Under the pieces are notes generated by a model, which was not told where the DNA came from, did no database searches, and saw only the letters and a program-made list of their open reading frames with translations. From Chryseolinea sp. (GTDB lineage: Bacteria; Bacteroidota; Bacteroidia; Cytophagales; Cyclobacteriaceae), in the NCBI GenBank assembly GCA_035316905.1, contig DATHIE010000043.1:1-56996 (forward strand): a DNA stretch of 56,996 nucleotides, read 5' to 3'. Each line of letters starts with the position of its first letter. Positions within the stretch are counted from its first letter, which is position 1. This document shows, piece after piece, positions 27,148-36,423 of the stretch. The translations under genes and the position numbers were made by a program.

Positions 27148-28263
27148 TTATTGATCCTTTTCCAGGATATTAATAAATTTTTTAACCTGAGCGACCTCAC
27201 TGAATTTCTTCAGTTGTCCTGGAATTTCGCCAAGATATATATCAAGCTGCTCCGTTACCTTGACCAATGCATCTGCAATATCCTTTACATTTTCCTTGTC
27301 GCATAATATACCGGCCCGGCCGATGACTTCAGGAAGAGATGATGTATTGGACACAACAGCTGGTTTGTTGTAATACAACGCCTCAAGGACCGGAAGACCG
27401 AACCCCTCGTAATGACTAAGATAGACCATAGCGCAACACTTCCTTAGTAGTTCCGTCTTTTGTTCATCACTAACATACCCCAGCAACAAGAAAGATTTCT
27501 CCAATCCAAGGCTACTGATCATGTTGTTTAGAATTGAAGCTGAATAACCCCATCCAATTTTGCCAAGCCAAAAGAATTTGAATCCGGGTTTATTCGTGCG
27601 TTCTAAAAACAGCTTGAACCCCTTTAGAGTGTTTTCAATGTTTTTCCCTGGCTCTATTGTTGAAATCGAGATGAAGAATGGCTCATACGATATATCGCCC
27701 GGCTTTGTGAGTTCAGGCATGAAATTGTAGATGACTGTGATTTTCTTTGAATCAGTTCCCGCAAGGTCCTTGATATCCTTCTTTGAGTTCTCGGATACTG
27801 TAATGACTTCACTGGCAAGTTTTGCACCATAGACACTAATAAACTTCACGTAATATGATCTTCCCTTTCCATATTTGTATTTAACAAAAAAAGGGATCAT
27901 ATCATGGATCGTGATAATGTGTTTCAATCCACGGTTGATATAAGCACTAATCAACGGCATCACCGGAGTGGGTGCAAAATAAATGTCGAATCCCATTAGT
28001 TTGAAGGGATAGACTACTTGCTCATAAAGTATTCTCGCCCAAAACGACTCTACTGAAACACTGACGTAGCGAATATTTGAAAGAGTTGGAAGAGCAAACA
28101 ATTCCTTGATATCGATGTTTGCAGCGTGAAAGATGTAAATGTCGTAGGGCGAAGTATCCGTACCTAGCCAACCTCTGATTAAGTTCCTTGCGAAGATTGC
28201 CGCGCCCGCAATCTGATGGTCTGAGAAATTGATAAAATTAATAGCGAGTTTTTTTCTTTTCAC
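27148..28263 (-). CDS. GT4 glycosyltransferase
   Basis: TIHD, ITVSE.SK.D, EP.KN, S.YEGFGLPVLEA, SSLPEV. Confidence 0.92.
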   Translation of the reverse strand: MKRKKLAINFINFSDHQIAGAAIFARNLIRGWLGTDTSPYDIYIFHAANIDIKELFALPTLSNIRYVSVSVESFWARILYEQVVYPFKLMGFDIYFAPTPVMPLISAYINRGLKHIITIHDMIPFFVKYKYGKGRSYYVKFISVYGAKLASEVITVSENSKKDIKDLAGTDSKKITVIYNFMPELTKPGDISYEPFFISISTIEPGKNIENTLKGFKLFLERTNKPGFKFFWLGKIGWGYSASILNNMISSLGLEKSFLLLGYVSDEQKTELLRKCCAMVYLSHYEGFGLPVLEALYYNKPAVVSNTSSLPEVIGRAGILCDKENVKDIADALVKVTEQLDIYLGEIPGQLKKFSEVAQVKKFINILEKDQ

Positions 28264-29417
28264 TTGGATTCAATCAAATTGTCCGTCCCTGGTTCAATGG
28301 AAACGATAGACTTTTTTGATTTTCTTAACAGATAATCCAGACCCAGAAAAAAAATCAAAAAAATGTTGGGAACAAACGCGAGCGGGAAAATATAGAGGAA
28401 GAATGAAATATTGTTTTTTGAAGCCTGAAGCAAACGGTAAAAGAAATTTCTGATAAAACCAATCATTACACCAGTGAATACAACGCTTATAAATCCAAAA
28501 TCTGCGAACAGGGTACCAAGTCCGAATGATGGCATATATCCTGCCGCCGCCTGCTCCGGCAGGATGGCATAGTTGAGTATCGCAAATCCAAATTGTTTGG
28601 GCTTACCTTCCCACAGTATTCTAGGTATAAATTTCAGATAAGAAGAAAAGTATAGCTCGCCATAATAATAATCCATTTCGCCATTCATTAGTCTGTTTAT
28701 AACTAACGACTGATTTCTATAGATATCAAAGTACGAAGCCAGTATATCGCGCATGTTGTCTGTTGTGAATTGAAATGCAGTATACACTCCAATAAAAGAT
28801 GCACCAATAAAGCACGTGAGAATAATACGCTTGACCCCGAGGTTTTTGAATTGCTCGAGGAAGACGCACAAATAAACTATCGCGTCAAGAATTATAAATC
28901 TACTTCCATATATAATTACTAGAGGGAAAAGAATAAAAAATCCAAGAGTGAATTTCTGTCTCTTAATGAGTTTAAAAAAGATAATGAAATAAAGTACCAG
29001 CTTTGACAGCTCATAGAATGACGCAAATTTTGTGAAGACCACAGTTTCATAAAACTGCCTGAATCCATGTACGGAAAATCCAGCAGCTAAAAGAAACGGA
29101 ACCAGAGGCAGCACCAGCAAAATATACAACACAATGTTCACGTTGTTGATCACCTTGACATTCTCTATTTCCTTCAACCGAAAATCGCGAAAGTTGATCA
29201 TCGTGCCGATGAAGATGGACGACACATATATAATGATGACTAAGTCGGAATAGAAATGGTTGATCTCGGACTTCTCTGTAATGATGAAGAGTTGGGGCAC
29301 AATCATAAAAAGCACCGTAAAGTAGACTTCGATAATAAACGGATTAAAAACCCGTTTATACCTGCCGATTGATACAATCGCCAGAATACATGATATGATT
29401 AGGGCCAGAATTAGCAT
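28260..29417 (-). CDS. wzy: O-antigen polymerase Wzy (putative)
   Basis: About 10 TM, AT-rich, GSR after a TM, FIPR.LWE.KP and ADFG motifs; located within the polysaccharide operon. Confidence 0.7.
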   Translation of the reverse strand: MLILALIISCILAIVSIGRYKRVFNPFIIEVYFTVLFMIVPQLFIITEKSEINHFYSDLVIIIYVSSIFIGTMINFRDFRLKEIENVKVINNVNIVLYILLVLPLVPFLLAAGFSVHGFRQFYETVVFTKFASFYELSKLVLYFIIFFKLIKRQKFTLGFFILFPLVIIYGSRFIILDAIVYLCVFLEQFKNLGVKRIILTCFIGASFIGVYTAFQFTTDNMRDILASYFDIYRNQSLVINRLMNGEMDYYYGELYFSSYLKFIPRILWEGKPKQFGFAILNYAILPEQAAAGYMPSFGLGTLFADFGFISVVFTGVMIGFIRNFFYRLLQASKNNISFFLYIFPLAFVPNIFLIFFLGLDYLLRKSKKSIVSIEPGTDNLIESK

Positions 29418-29448
29418 TCAGCTCATCGCTTTTTCGAAACCAATTTAG

Positions 29449-30723
29449 TCAATTTAACAGTTGTTCAACTCGATCCAATTCGGCGTCAAAACGCTCCTCC
29501 CATGTCCACAGCCTCGCTTTTTCAACCTCGCCTACACCACGCTCGAGTGAATTAAACAAATCAATACTAGTAAAGACCTCCACGACATCACTGGCGATCT
29601 TTTCATAGTCCTCTGTACTCAAATCCTTGTCATCGTCTACGTCGTAAATCAATCCGCTCACTCTGTGTTTAATCCAATCTCCGGTATCACCATTATTCAA
29701 CGTAATAATAATTTTATTGTGCCTTATCGCTTCAAGAAGGGGATTGCCAACATTCGTGCTCGTATACATTGAAAGGAAAAGGTCCGATAATGCCAGGTGA
29801 TATGGAACAACATTATGTTTAATAGGTCCAAGAAATTCCACGTAAGGCTTAATGGCAAGCGCCTCCGTCAACCTTATAAGATTCTGGTATTCGGAACCTC
29901 CGCCTATAACAATAAACCTGAAGTCCTTGAAATCAAACTTACTAACCATTTTGTGTATCACTCTGAGGCTGCGGTCAATTCTTTTATGATCGTCGAGTCT
30001 TGAAATTGACAGAAGGTATTTTTTGCTGCGGTCGGCATACAGTTCTTTGCGTATCTCTTCGGTAATTTGCGGATTCAACTTTACTATATCAACTCCATTT
30101 GAGCAAAAGAGGATGTTCTTATTAGGTGAGTTGACCTCCTTTAGCACTTTCAGACCTTGAGATCCGTCATTTGTCATAATGCATAAATCAGCCTTCGCTT
30201 TCAGGGCCAGCATCGCATCCCAGTTAGAATAGAATCTGAATTTCTGATTTTTTCTTAACCATTCTTTTACATAAAGAACTCCCTGAAAACGAGTGACCAC
30301 TTTAGCTGACGTTCTAACACCCAGGAAACGCATGAACCGCACAGCCAGTACTCCCGGAATCTCATATCCGTAAATGACGTCAAAGTCTTTCTTGCGAATT
30401 AGCTTGATCGCCTTTAAAGCAAGATCCCATACTAGCAAGATGTTTCTGACCCGAAACCAGAATGCTTTCCAAAAAACGTTGTTCAGCAGTCCGTGAAGTC
30501 TTGTAAGTGGTATGATGAATCGGTGGACATTTACACCATCGGGGTTGATGATGGATTCATAGAAATAATCTCCATTGACCGAATTATCGCGGCCAACAAT
30601 ATAATGAACCTCCCATCCAGCTTTTACATAAGCCTCGGGTGTTTTACGGATCACTTGAATTGACTTCTCTTTAAAGTCTACCCCAGAGAGGAAAAGAATC
30701 CTTTTTCTTCGCTCAGGGTTCAT
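29449..30723 (-). CDS. GT4 glycosyltransferase
   Basis: GT-B features NGVD, SRL..HKRID, IGGG, GNPLLEA. Confidence 0.82.
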   Translation of the reverse strand: MNPERRKRILFLSGVDFKEKSIQVIRKTPEAYVKAGWEVHYIVGRDNSVNGDYFYESIINPDGVNVHRFIIPLTRLHGLLNNVFWKAFWFRVRNILLVWDLALKAIKLIRKKDFDVIYGYEIPGVLAVRFMRFLGVRTSAKVVTRFQGVLYVKEWLRKNQKFRFYSNWDAMLALKAKADLCIMTNDGSQGLKVLKEVNSPNKNILFCSNGVDIVKLNPQITEEIRKELYADRSKKYLLSISRLDDHKRIDRSLRVIHKMVSKFDFKDFRFIVIGGGSEYQNLIRLTEALAIKPYVEFLGPIKHNVVPYHLALSDLFLSMYTSTNVGNPLLEAIRHNKIIITLNNGDTGDWIKHRVSGLIYDVDDDKDLSTEDYEKIASDVVEVFTSIDLFNSLERGVGEVEKARLWTWEERFDAELDRVEQLLN

Positions 30724-31838
30724 GAACTTTGTTTGACCAGGTGAGGTTTGAATTTCCGCCAGATCTTAAATACCCATTCATCACTTGGGTAGTCAAGGTG
30801 CTCTTTGGGTTTTTCCATCATCATTTTGTCAAATTCAGTCTCATTAAATCCAAGTTTTTTGAGGACGTAAGTTTTGTCGATTTTCAATTCCTCAGGATCA
30901 TAGGCAGGTTTATCCAATTCCTTCAGGGCTTCATCTCGCTTGAGCTCTCCATTTCTAATCAAAGCAGACAAATGGACCTTTCTCTTGTCGTATGTGAATT
31001 TCTGCGGAAGTACGTAAGCCTGGTAGAACTTTGTGAACGTTGATTCGTAATGCTTACCTCCGTAATACTCCCATCCATACTCCTTAACAAGAACGTCAAG
31101 GGCTTTTTTCTTGGAGTAGTTGATGTGATTCAGGATTTCAATATAGATTCCGCCCCAGCCGAACATTTTGATGAATTGAAACTCAATAGAGCTCAATGTA
31201 GGAAACTCTTTAAGGGGTTTCGTCCCGAACTGTTTTTGTATAGCTTTTATGTTTGTGAGATCCTGCTTGCGCCAAAGCCAGGCAAGAGGCATTCCGTGTT
31301 CTGTAACGTAGTTGCTACCCGATAGAACGTATTTGATCTTATGCTTCCTTCTCAACTTGAACATAGTGGCCATGATCGCATGGTCACTTAAAATTTCGAT
31401 GTCAACAACTCCTGCTTTGAAGAATGAGCGCTGCAGGTCTCTGAACTCCGGCCAGTTGATTACGTACGTCTCCAGGTCAAATCCGCACTTGTCTACTATT
31501 TTTTTTATGTTCGAAACCGATTTTTCTGAATTCCATCCATTGTCGAAGTGAACGATCAGTGGATTGAGACCCATCGATTTCGCAAGATGTGTAACATAAG
31601 AACTATCAACTCCACCACTCAGTCCAATGATCGCATGATAATGACCCTTGGCCGAATTCTTAATTTCTGTTGAAAAACGATTCAGGGCTTCTTTCTCCTG
31701 TTCGGGGGTAAAGCGAAACTTTGGAAGTTCTTTCTCCGCCTCCCTGCAGTATCTGCATACGCCTTCCGAATCAAACTTTATGTCCGGATCCGTGGTATCC
31801 ATAACGCAACGAACGCACTGCACAAATTTCTTAGTCAT
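30720..31838 (-). CDS. N-acetyl sugar amidotransferase (WbuX/WbpG/PseA family)
   Basis: C..CVMDTTDP.I.FD..GVC..C, SGGVDSS PP-loop, HFDNGWNS, GKHYES.FTKFYQ; start moved to ATG 31838. Confidence 0.9.
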   Translation of the reverse strand: MTKKFVQCVRCVMDTTDPDIKFDSEGVCRYCREAEKELPKFRFTPEQEKEALNRFSTEIKNSAKGHYHAIIGLSGGVDSSYVTHLAKSMGLNPLIVHFDNGWNSEKSVSNIKKIVDKCGFDLETYVINWPEFRDLQRSFFKAGVVDIEILSDHAIMATMFKLRRKHKIKYVLSGSNYVTEHGMPLAWLWRKQDLTNIKAIQKQFGTKPLKEFPTLSSIEFQFIKMFGWGGIYIEILNHINYSKKKALDVLVKEYGWEYYGGKHYESTFTKFYQAYVLPQKFTYDKRKVHLSALIRNGELKRDEALKELDKPAYDPEELKIDKTYVLKKLGFNETEFDKMMMEKPKEHLDYPSDEWVFKIWRKFKPHLVKQSS

Positions 31839-31854
31839 AGCCTGGATCTTTAAT

Positions 31855-32616
31855 TTAGGAAAATAATTGTTGAAGTTCGTCCTGAGAAGGATAAGAGATA
31901 AGAACCGCTCTGTGCGGACCCTGATAAACGAAAATGCTTCCTGCAGCGACGCCAGATACGTTGGCTTTGGCAACTACTTCCTTAAGGTCCTTGACCCCCG
32001 ATGTTCCGCCGCAAGCAATTACCGGTACCGACACGATCTTGTTTATACTCTCGAGAATATGCCAATCAAAACCCGAATAGGTACCATCCCGGTCTACGTT
32101 GTTGATGAACAACTCACCGGCACCGGCCTCACACATCTTTAATGCGTATTCAGTCGGACTTTGGGCCACCGTCTTCTTTTTGACGTGATCGTATACTTTG
32201 TAATTCCCCCATAGATCCTTTTTTATATCAACCGCCACGATGATCGTGGAGTTTCCGAAATGTTTCGCGGCTTCCTTCACAAAGTCGGGGTTCTTCAACG
32301 CTGAATGATTGAGTATTACTTTTTCAACACCGATTTTGAGGATACGCTGGATTTGTTGAAGTGTTGTGATACCTCCACCATAGGCAAATGGCATAAAACA
32401 CTCGGTTGCCAGGTCTTCTATAGTACTTAGATTGGGTTCCTCACCTTTTCTCGACGCGTCTATATCCAGGAAAATGAGCTCATCGACCTCCTTTTCATTA
32501 TATATTCTTACCGCATTTATCGGGTCGCCAACATACTTGGGATCTTTAAATTTCTCGGTTTTGACTAACCCCCCTTCATGCAGAAGCAGACACGGTATTA
32601 TTCTCGTCTTTAGCAT
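31855..32616 (-). CDS. hisF: HisF-like cyclase subunit (AglZ/HisF2/WbuZ, polysaccharide amidation module)
   Basis: RIIPCLL....LVKT..F..PKYVGDPINAVRI.NEKEVDEL; C-terminal AVLISYP typical of the HisF2 clade. Confidence 0.88.
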   Translation of the reverse strand: MLKTRIIPCLLLHEGGLVKTEKFKDPKYVGDPINAVRIYNEKEVDELIFLDIDASRKGEEPNLSTIEDLATECFMPFAYGGGITTLQQIQRILKIGVEKVILNHSALKNPDFVKEAAKHFGNSTIIVAVDIKKDLWGNYKVYDHVKKKTVAQSPTEYALKMCEAGAGELFINNVDRDGTYSGFDWHILESINKIVSVPVIACGGTSGVKDLKEVVAKANVSGVAAGSIFVYQGPHRAVLISYPSQDELQQLFS

Positions 32617-33219
32617 CTATAGCGAAGCAAAATTTTTAAACACCATCATTCCAAATTTATGGCTTTTTTCAGGGTGAAATTGAACGCCGTAAACATTGTT
32701 GCGACGGAATGCCGACGTGAACTCACTGCCATAGTTGGTTGTGCCTAAACGGTCAGAGGAGTTATCTACCTTTACAAAATAGGAATGCACGAAATAGAAC
32801 CTTAATTCAGGCTTATCGCTTGTCAATATAGAGGCATCCAGACCGGCTGGTCTGACGATATTCCATCCCATGTGCGGCGTCTTCAGGGTATTTACAGGAA
32901 ACTTGAGAACTTCTCCTTCGATCCAGCCTAGTCCGCCAAGTTGACCTTCGTCACTTCGGTTTGTCATCAGTTGCATGCCCAGGCAAATTCCAAGTGTAGG
33001 AACTTTGTGTTTTAAGACGTTTTCGTTCAAAACCTCTACCCAGCCGTCATTGAGCAAATTGCTCATCCCCGTATCAAACGAACCGACACCAGGCAGAATT
33101 ATTTTTTCTGCTCTGAGGTCTTTCGGGTTCTTTACGATCGTGCTGTTCACGTTTATACGTTTGAGCATGTTCTGCACAGATCCTAAATTGCCCAAGCCAT
33201 AATTTATAATTTGTACCAT
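32617..33219 (-). CDS. hisH: HisH-like glutamine amidotransferase (WbuY/HisH2)
   Basis: YGLGNLGSV, LPGVGSF, GICLGMQ, PHMGWN, YFVHSY, QFHPEKS. Confidence 0.92.
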   Translation of the reverse strand: MVQIINYGLGNLGSVQNMLKRINVNSTIVKNPKDLRAEKIILPGVGSFDTGMSNLLNDGWVEVLNENVLKHKVPTLGICLGMQLMTNRSDEGQLGGLGWIEGEVLKFPVNTLKTPHMGWNIVRPAGLDASILTSDKPELRFYFVHSYFVKVDNSSDRLGTTNYGSEFTSAFRRNNVYGVQFHPEKSHKFGMMVFKNFASL

Positions 33220-33318
33220 TTGCTCTTGTCTATTGCATTAACGCGTCGTGTGTACTGACAGGGACATCACAGCAGATTGGGATTCCTCTCAAACCCTTTT
33301 TTAAGTTTTCAAGCATAA

Positions 33319-34293
33319 TTAAATGTCTGGCGCAGAGAATGGATGTGACGTCGATGGCTTTTTCGCAAAATGGTGGTAATCACCTTTGAGTCCGACCGGT
33401 TGTTGGTGTCTGATATCATGTACAATTTCAATTGAAGTCCTTGTAGTCTCAATAGAAAAACCATTTCCCTTTAGTACCTCCTCGTAACTTCTTGTATGCA
33501 GATCGGTAAATCCCTCACTGAATTCGACCTCATTTCCATCAACTGTAATCGACCTGAAGGTGCGTTTTCCCGAAGCGCGTACTGCCTCTGGTAACGCATT
33601 CTCGTTGATGCTCAGGAACCATTTGACTCTGGCTCTTTCAAGCTCGAGGAATCCGGCAGCGCGATCATGCGAAAGGACGTGTACAATGTTCTGCTGTACA
33701 TCTCCAAAAATCCAGGTCAACATGTCGTAAAAATGGATGCCAATATTGGTGGCAATACCACCCGATTTTGCCGCATCACCTTTCCAACTCGTGTAATACC
33801 AATGACCGCGCGAAGTAATGTATGTCAATTCAACATCATATTTCTTGTCTTGCTTACTGGCCTTCACTTTGTTCCTCAGTTCGATAATGGTTGGGTGAAG
33901 TCTCAGTTGTAGAATGTTGGAAACATTTTTTCCCGATTCTTTCTCCAACTCCTGCAACGAATCGATATTCCAGGGATTTAACACCAGTGGTTTTTCGCAT
34001 ATAACATCTGCCCCCTGCTTCAATGCAAATCTTATATGCGAATCATGAAGGTAATTGGGCGTACATACACTTACGAAGTCAAGTTTCTCTCCCTTTCTTT
34101 TCAGTTTGTCAATATGACGATCAAACCGTTCAAACTCCGTGAAAAAATCCGCGTTTGGAAAAAATGAATCCATTATTCCCACCTGATCGAACTTATCCAG
34201 AGCAGCAACAAGTACATTGCCTGTTTCCTTGATGGCCTTCAAATGCCGTGGCGCGATAAAACCTGCGGCGCCTATCAAAGCAAAATTTTTCAT
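33319..34293 (-). CDS. wbpB: UDP-GlcNAcA 3-dehydrogenase (Gfo/Idh/MocA, WbpB/WlbA-like)
   Basis: FALIGAAGFIAPRH..AI, PNYLHD.H, CEKPL, LQLRLHP, TNIGIHF.D, FS.GFTDLH. Confidence 0.88.
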   Translation of the reverse strand: MKNFALIGAAGFIAPRHLKAIKETGNVLVAALDKFDQVGIMDSFFPNADFFTEFERFDRHIDKLKRKGEKLDFVSVCTPNYLHDSHIRFALKQGADVICEKPLVLNPWNIDSLQELEKESGKNVSNILQLRLHPTIIELRNKVKASKQDKKYDVELTYITSRGHWYYTSWKGDAAKSGGIATNIGIHFYDMLTWIFGDVQQNIVHVLSHDRAAGFLELERARVKWFLSINENALPEAVRASGKRTFRSITVDGNEVEFSEGFTDLHTRSYEEVLKGNGFSIETTRTSIEIVHDIRHQQPVGLKGDYHHFAKKPSTSHPFSAPDI

Positions 34294-34303
34294 TTTTATA
34301 TGC

Positions 34304-34888
34304 TTATAGTTTTACAACCTTTCCGTTGTCCAATTGATACGAATCGTTGCCTTCAGGACAAGTAGCCTTTCCGTTGCTGTCGAAGATCAGCTTATGTCCA
34401 TACTCACTCATCCATCCGACCTGTCTTGCAGGGTTACCGATAACCAACGCATAGTCAGGGACAGTCTTTGTTACCACTGCTCCTGCACCTATGAAAGCAA
34501 ACCTGCCAATATCATGGCCGCAGACAATTGTCGCGTTTGCTCCAATCGAAGCTCCCGTTTTTACAAGCGTCCTGGCGTATTGATTTTTCCGATTTATCGC
34601 GCTGCGTGGATTTGTGATGTTTGTGAATACCATCGATGGCCCCAGGAATACATCATCTTCACATTGGACACCGGTATAGATGGAGACGTTGTTCTGCACT
34701 TTGACATTTTTTCCCAGTATCACATCTGGAGAAATGACAACATTTTGTCCGATGTTACAGTTTTCCCCGATTGTGCAGTTTGGCATGATATGAGAGAAGT
34801 GCCAGATCTTTGTTCCCGCACCAATATTGGAGCCTGGATCGACGACAGCGGTGGGGTGGGCGAAATAGTTGGGCACCTGGTTGCTCAT
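34304..34888 (-). CDS. wbpD: UDP-2-acetamido-3-amino-2,3-dideoxy-glucuronate N-acetyltransferase (hexapeptide, WbpD/WlbB-like)
   Basis: [49 protein letters not shown]; start moved to ATG 34888. Confidence 0.88.
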   Translation of the reverse strand: MSNQVPNYFAHPTAVVDPGSNIGAGTKIWHFSHIMPNCTIGENCNIGQNVVISPDVILGKNVKVQNNVSIYTGVQCEDDVFLGPSMVFTNITNPRSAINRKNQYARTLVKTGASIGANATIVCGHDIGRFAFIGAGAVVTKTVPDYALVIGNPARQVGWMSEYGHKLIFDSNGKATCPEGNDSYQLDNGKVVKL

Positions 34889-35234
34889 TGGTTCGTTTCT
34901 AACGAATTGAAAAAGATGTAAAAGTACCAATTTCTGGTTAAAGATTTGACCATGATCACCCGCTGGTTGGCTGTTAGGACCTTCGGCGGTATCAATACTG
35001 TCCAATCGGCCGAAGCGGCGAATCCATGATGTTGCGCAACATGTACCTGCCCGATCGATGCGCATCTACGAACGTCTATGGGCCAGGATGTTGTCGTCGA
35101 ACATCAGAGTGGACAAGTGTCGATACCGTTGGCGCTGTCTTAGAACTGTCAGGGCAGTTGGAACAATGGAAGCCTGATCATCCGCACAAAGACAGTTATG
35201 GCGATTTTATAGTCTTTGTTCATCGGCTTTTACA

Positions 35235-35242
35235 TATTTTTG
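35235..35242 (+). promoter_or_regulatory. -7 promoter element (TATTTTTG), candidate promoter of the leg block
   Basis: TAnnTTTG(C) match upstream of the wbpB remnant and legB. Confidence 0.5.
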
Positions 35243-35269
35243 CGGTTTATCTAATAAAAAGGCATAAAA

Positions 35270-35385
35270 ATGCAGAATTTTGCCCTGTTTCGGGGCTGCA
35301 GGTTTTATTGCTGTGAGGCATTTGAAAGCAATTAAGGACATCAAACCTCCTAAGGCATACCGGAGGCTAACAGCCTTTTGCTGCC
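35270..35385 (+). pseudogene. Decayed 5' fragment of a wbpB-like gene, inverted relative to the intact wbpB
   Basis: Reads MQNFALF-(+1)-GAAGFIAVRHLKAIKD versus intact MKNFALIGAAGFIAPRHLKAIKE; the leader ATAAAAATG is also shared. Confidence 0.85.
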
Positions 35386-35423
35386 AGGAGCCTTGCTAAA
35401 CACCCATTCGATTCATAACAACG

Positions 35424-36422
35424 ATGGATTTATCCGGCAAAATAGTATTGGTCACAGGAGCAGATGGATTTATTGGAAGCCATCTGGTTGAACACCTGCT
35501 CGAAGAAGGTTGCAAGGTCAAAGCATTTGTCTACTACAATTCATTCAACAGCTGGGGATGGCTCGATAGCCTCCCTGCCGACAAACTCAAGCAACTGGAG
35601 ATATTCGCGGGCGACATCCGGGATCCTAACGGTGTCAGAGAAGCAATGAAAGGAACTGAGGTAGTGTTCCACCTGGCAGCACTGATTGCCATTCCATTCA
35701 GCTATCATTCGCCCGACTCGTACATTGACACGAATGTAAAGGGAACGTTGAATATTGTTCAAAGCGCGAAAGAGCTGGGCATTGAGCGTGTGCTTGTTAC
35801 CTCGACCTCCGAAGTTTATGGAACGGCAACGTACATTCCCATTGACGAAAATCATCCGCGCCAACCGCAGTCGCCTTACTCTGCGTCGAAGATCGGGGCA
35901 GATTGTATAGCCGAGTCATTTTACCGGAGCTTCAATTTGCCATTAACCATTGTAAGACCGTTTAATACTTATGGTCCCCGCCAGTCAGCACGAGCTGTGA
36001 TCCCTACCATCATATCGCAGTTGCTGAATGGCATGCCTGAGATTCAGCTTGGCGATATTATTCCGACGAGGGATCTGCTTTTCGTACAGGATACGGTGAA
36101 AGGATTTGTTGCCATTGCAAAGTCTGATAAGCTCATCGGTCATGATTGTAACATTGCCACGCAATCGGAGATATCCGTTGGAGATCTTGCGCAGGAACTG
36201 ATTGATCAGATCAATCCTTCAGCAAAAATAATTACTGACAATAATCGCATGAGGCCGGCTAAGTCGGAAGTGTTCCGACTGTATGGCTCGAATCAGAAAA
36301 TAAAAGAATATACCGATTGGAAACCAGCGTATACGCTATCGCAGGGTTTGAAAGAAACGATCGCATGGTTCAGGCATCCTGCGAATCTTAGCAGGTACAA
36401 GGCCGACATTTACAATATCTAG
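35424..36422 (+). CDS. legB: NAD-dependent 4,6-dehydratase LegB
   Basis: TGADGFIGSHL, YYNSFNSWGWLD, LAALIAIPFSYHSP.SY.DTN, STSEVYG, PYSASK. Confidence 0.9.
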   Translation: MDLSGKIVLVTGADGFIGSHLVEHLLEEGCKVKAFVYYNSFNSWGWLDSLPADKLKQLEIFAGDIRDPNGVREAMKGTEVVFHLAALIAIPFSYHSPDSYIDTNVKGTLNIVQSAKELGIERVLVTSTSEVYGTATYIPIDENHPRQPQSPYSASKIGADCIAESFYRSFNLPLTIVRPFNTYGPRQSARAVIPTIISQLLNGMPEIQLGDIIPTRDLLFVQDTVKGFVAIAKSDKLIGHDCNIATQSEISVGDLAQELIDQINPSAKIITDNNRMRPAKSEVFRLYGSNQKIKEYTDWKPAYTLSQGLKETIAWFRHPANLSRYKADIYNI

Positions 36423-36423
36423 C

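Noticed and set aside
31855-33219. hisF/hisH as histidine biosynthesis genes
   Set aside because: Embedded in a polysaccharide operon beside a sugar amidotransferase, with HisF2-type sequence features and no other his genes
34334-34921. 195 aa ORF antisense to wbpD, and the many other short antisense or alternate-frame ORFs in the track
   Set aside because: Shadow ORFs of well-supported genes, with no motifs
35026-35316. 96 aa + strand ORF, and the long N-terminal extension of the wbpD ORF to 35065
   Set aside because: No protein-like features; it crosses the promoter motif and the wbpB remnant. WbpD homology starts at ATG 34888
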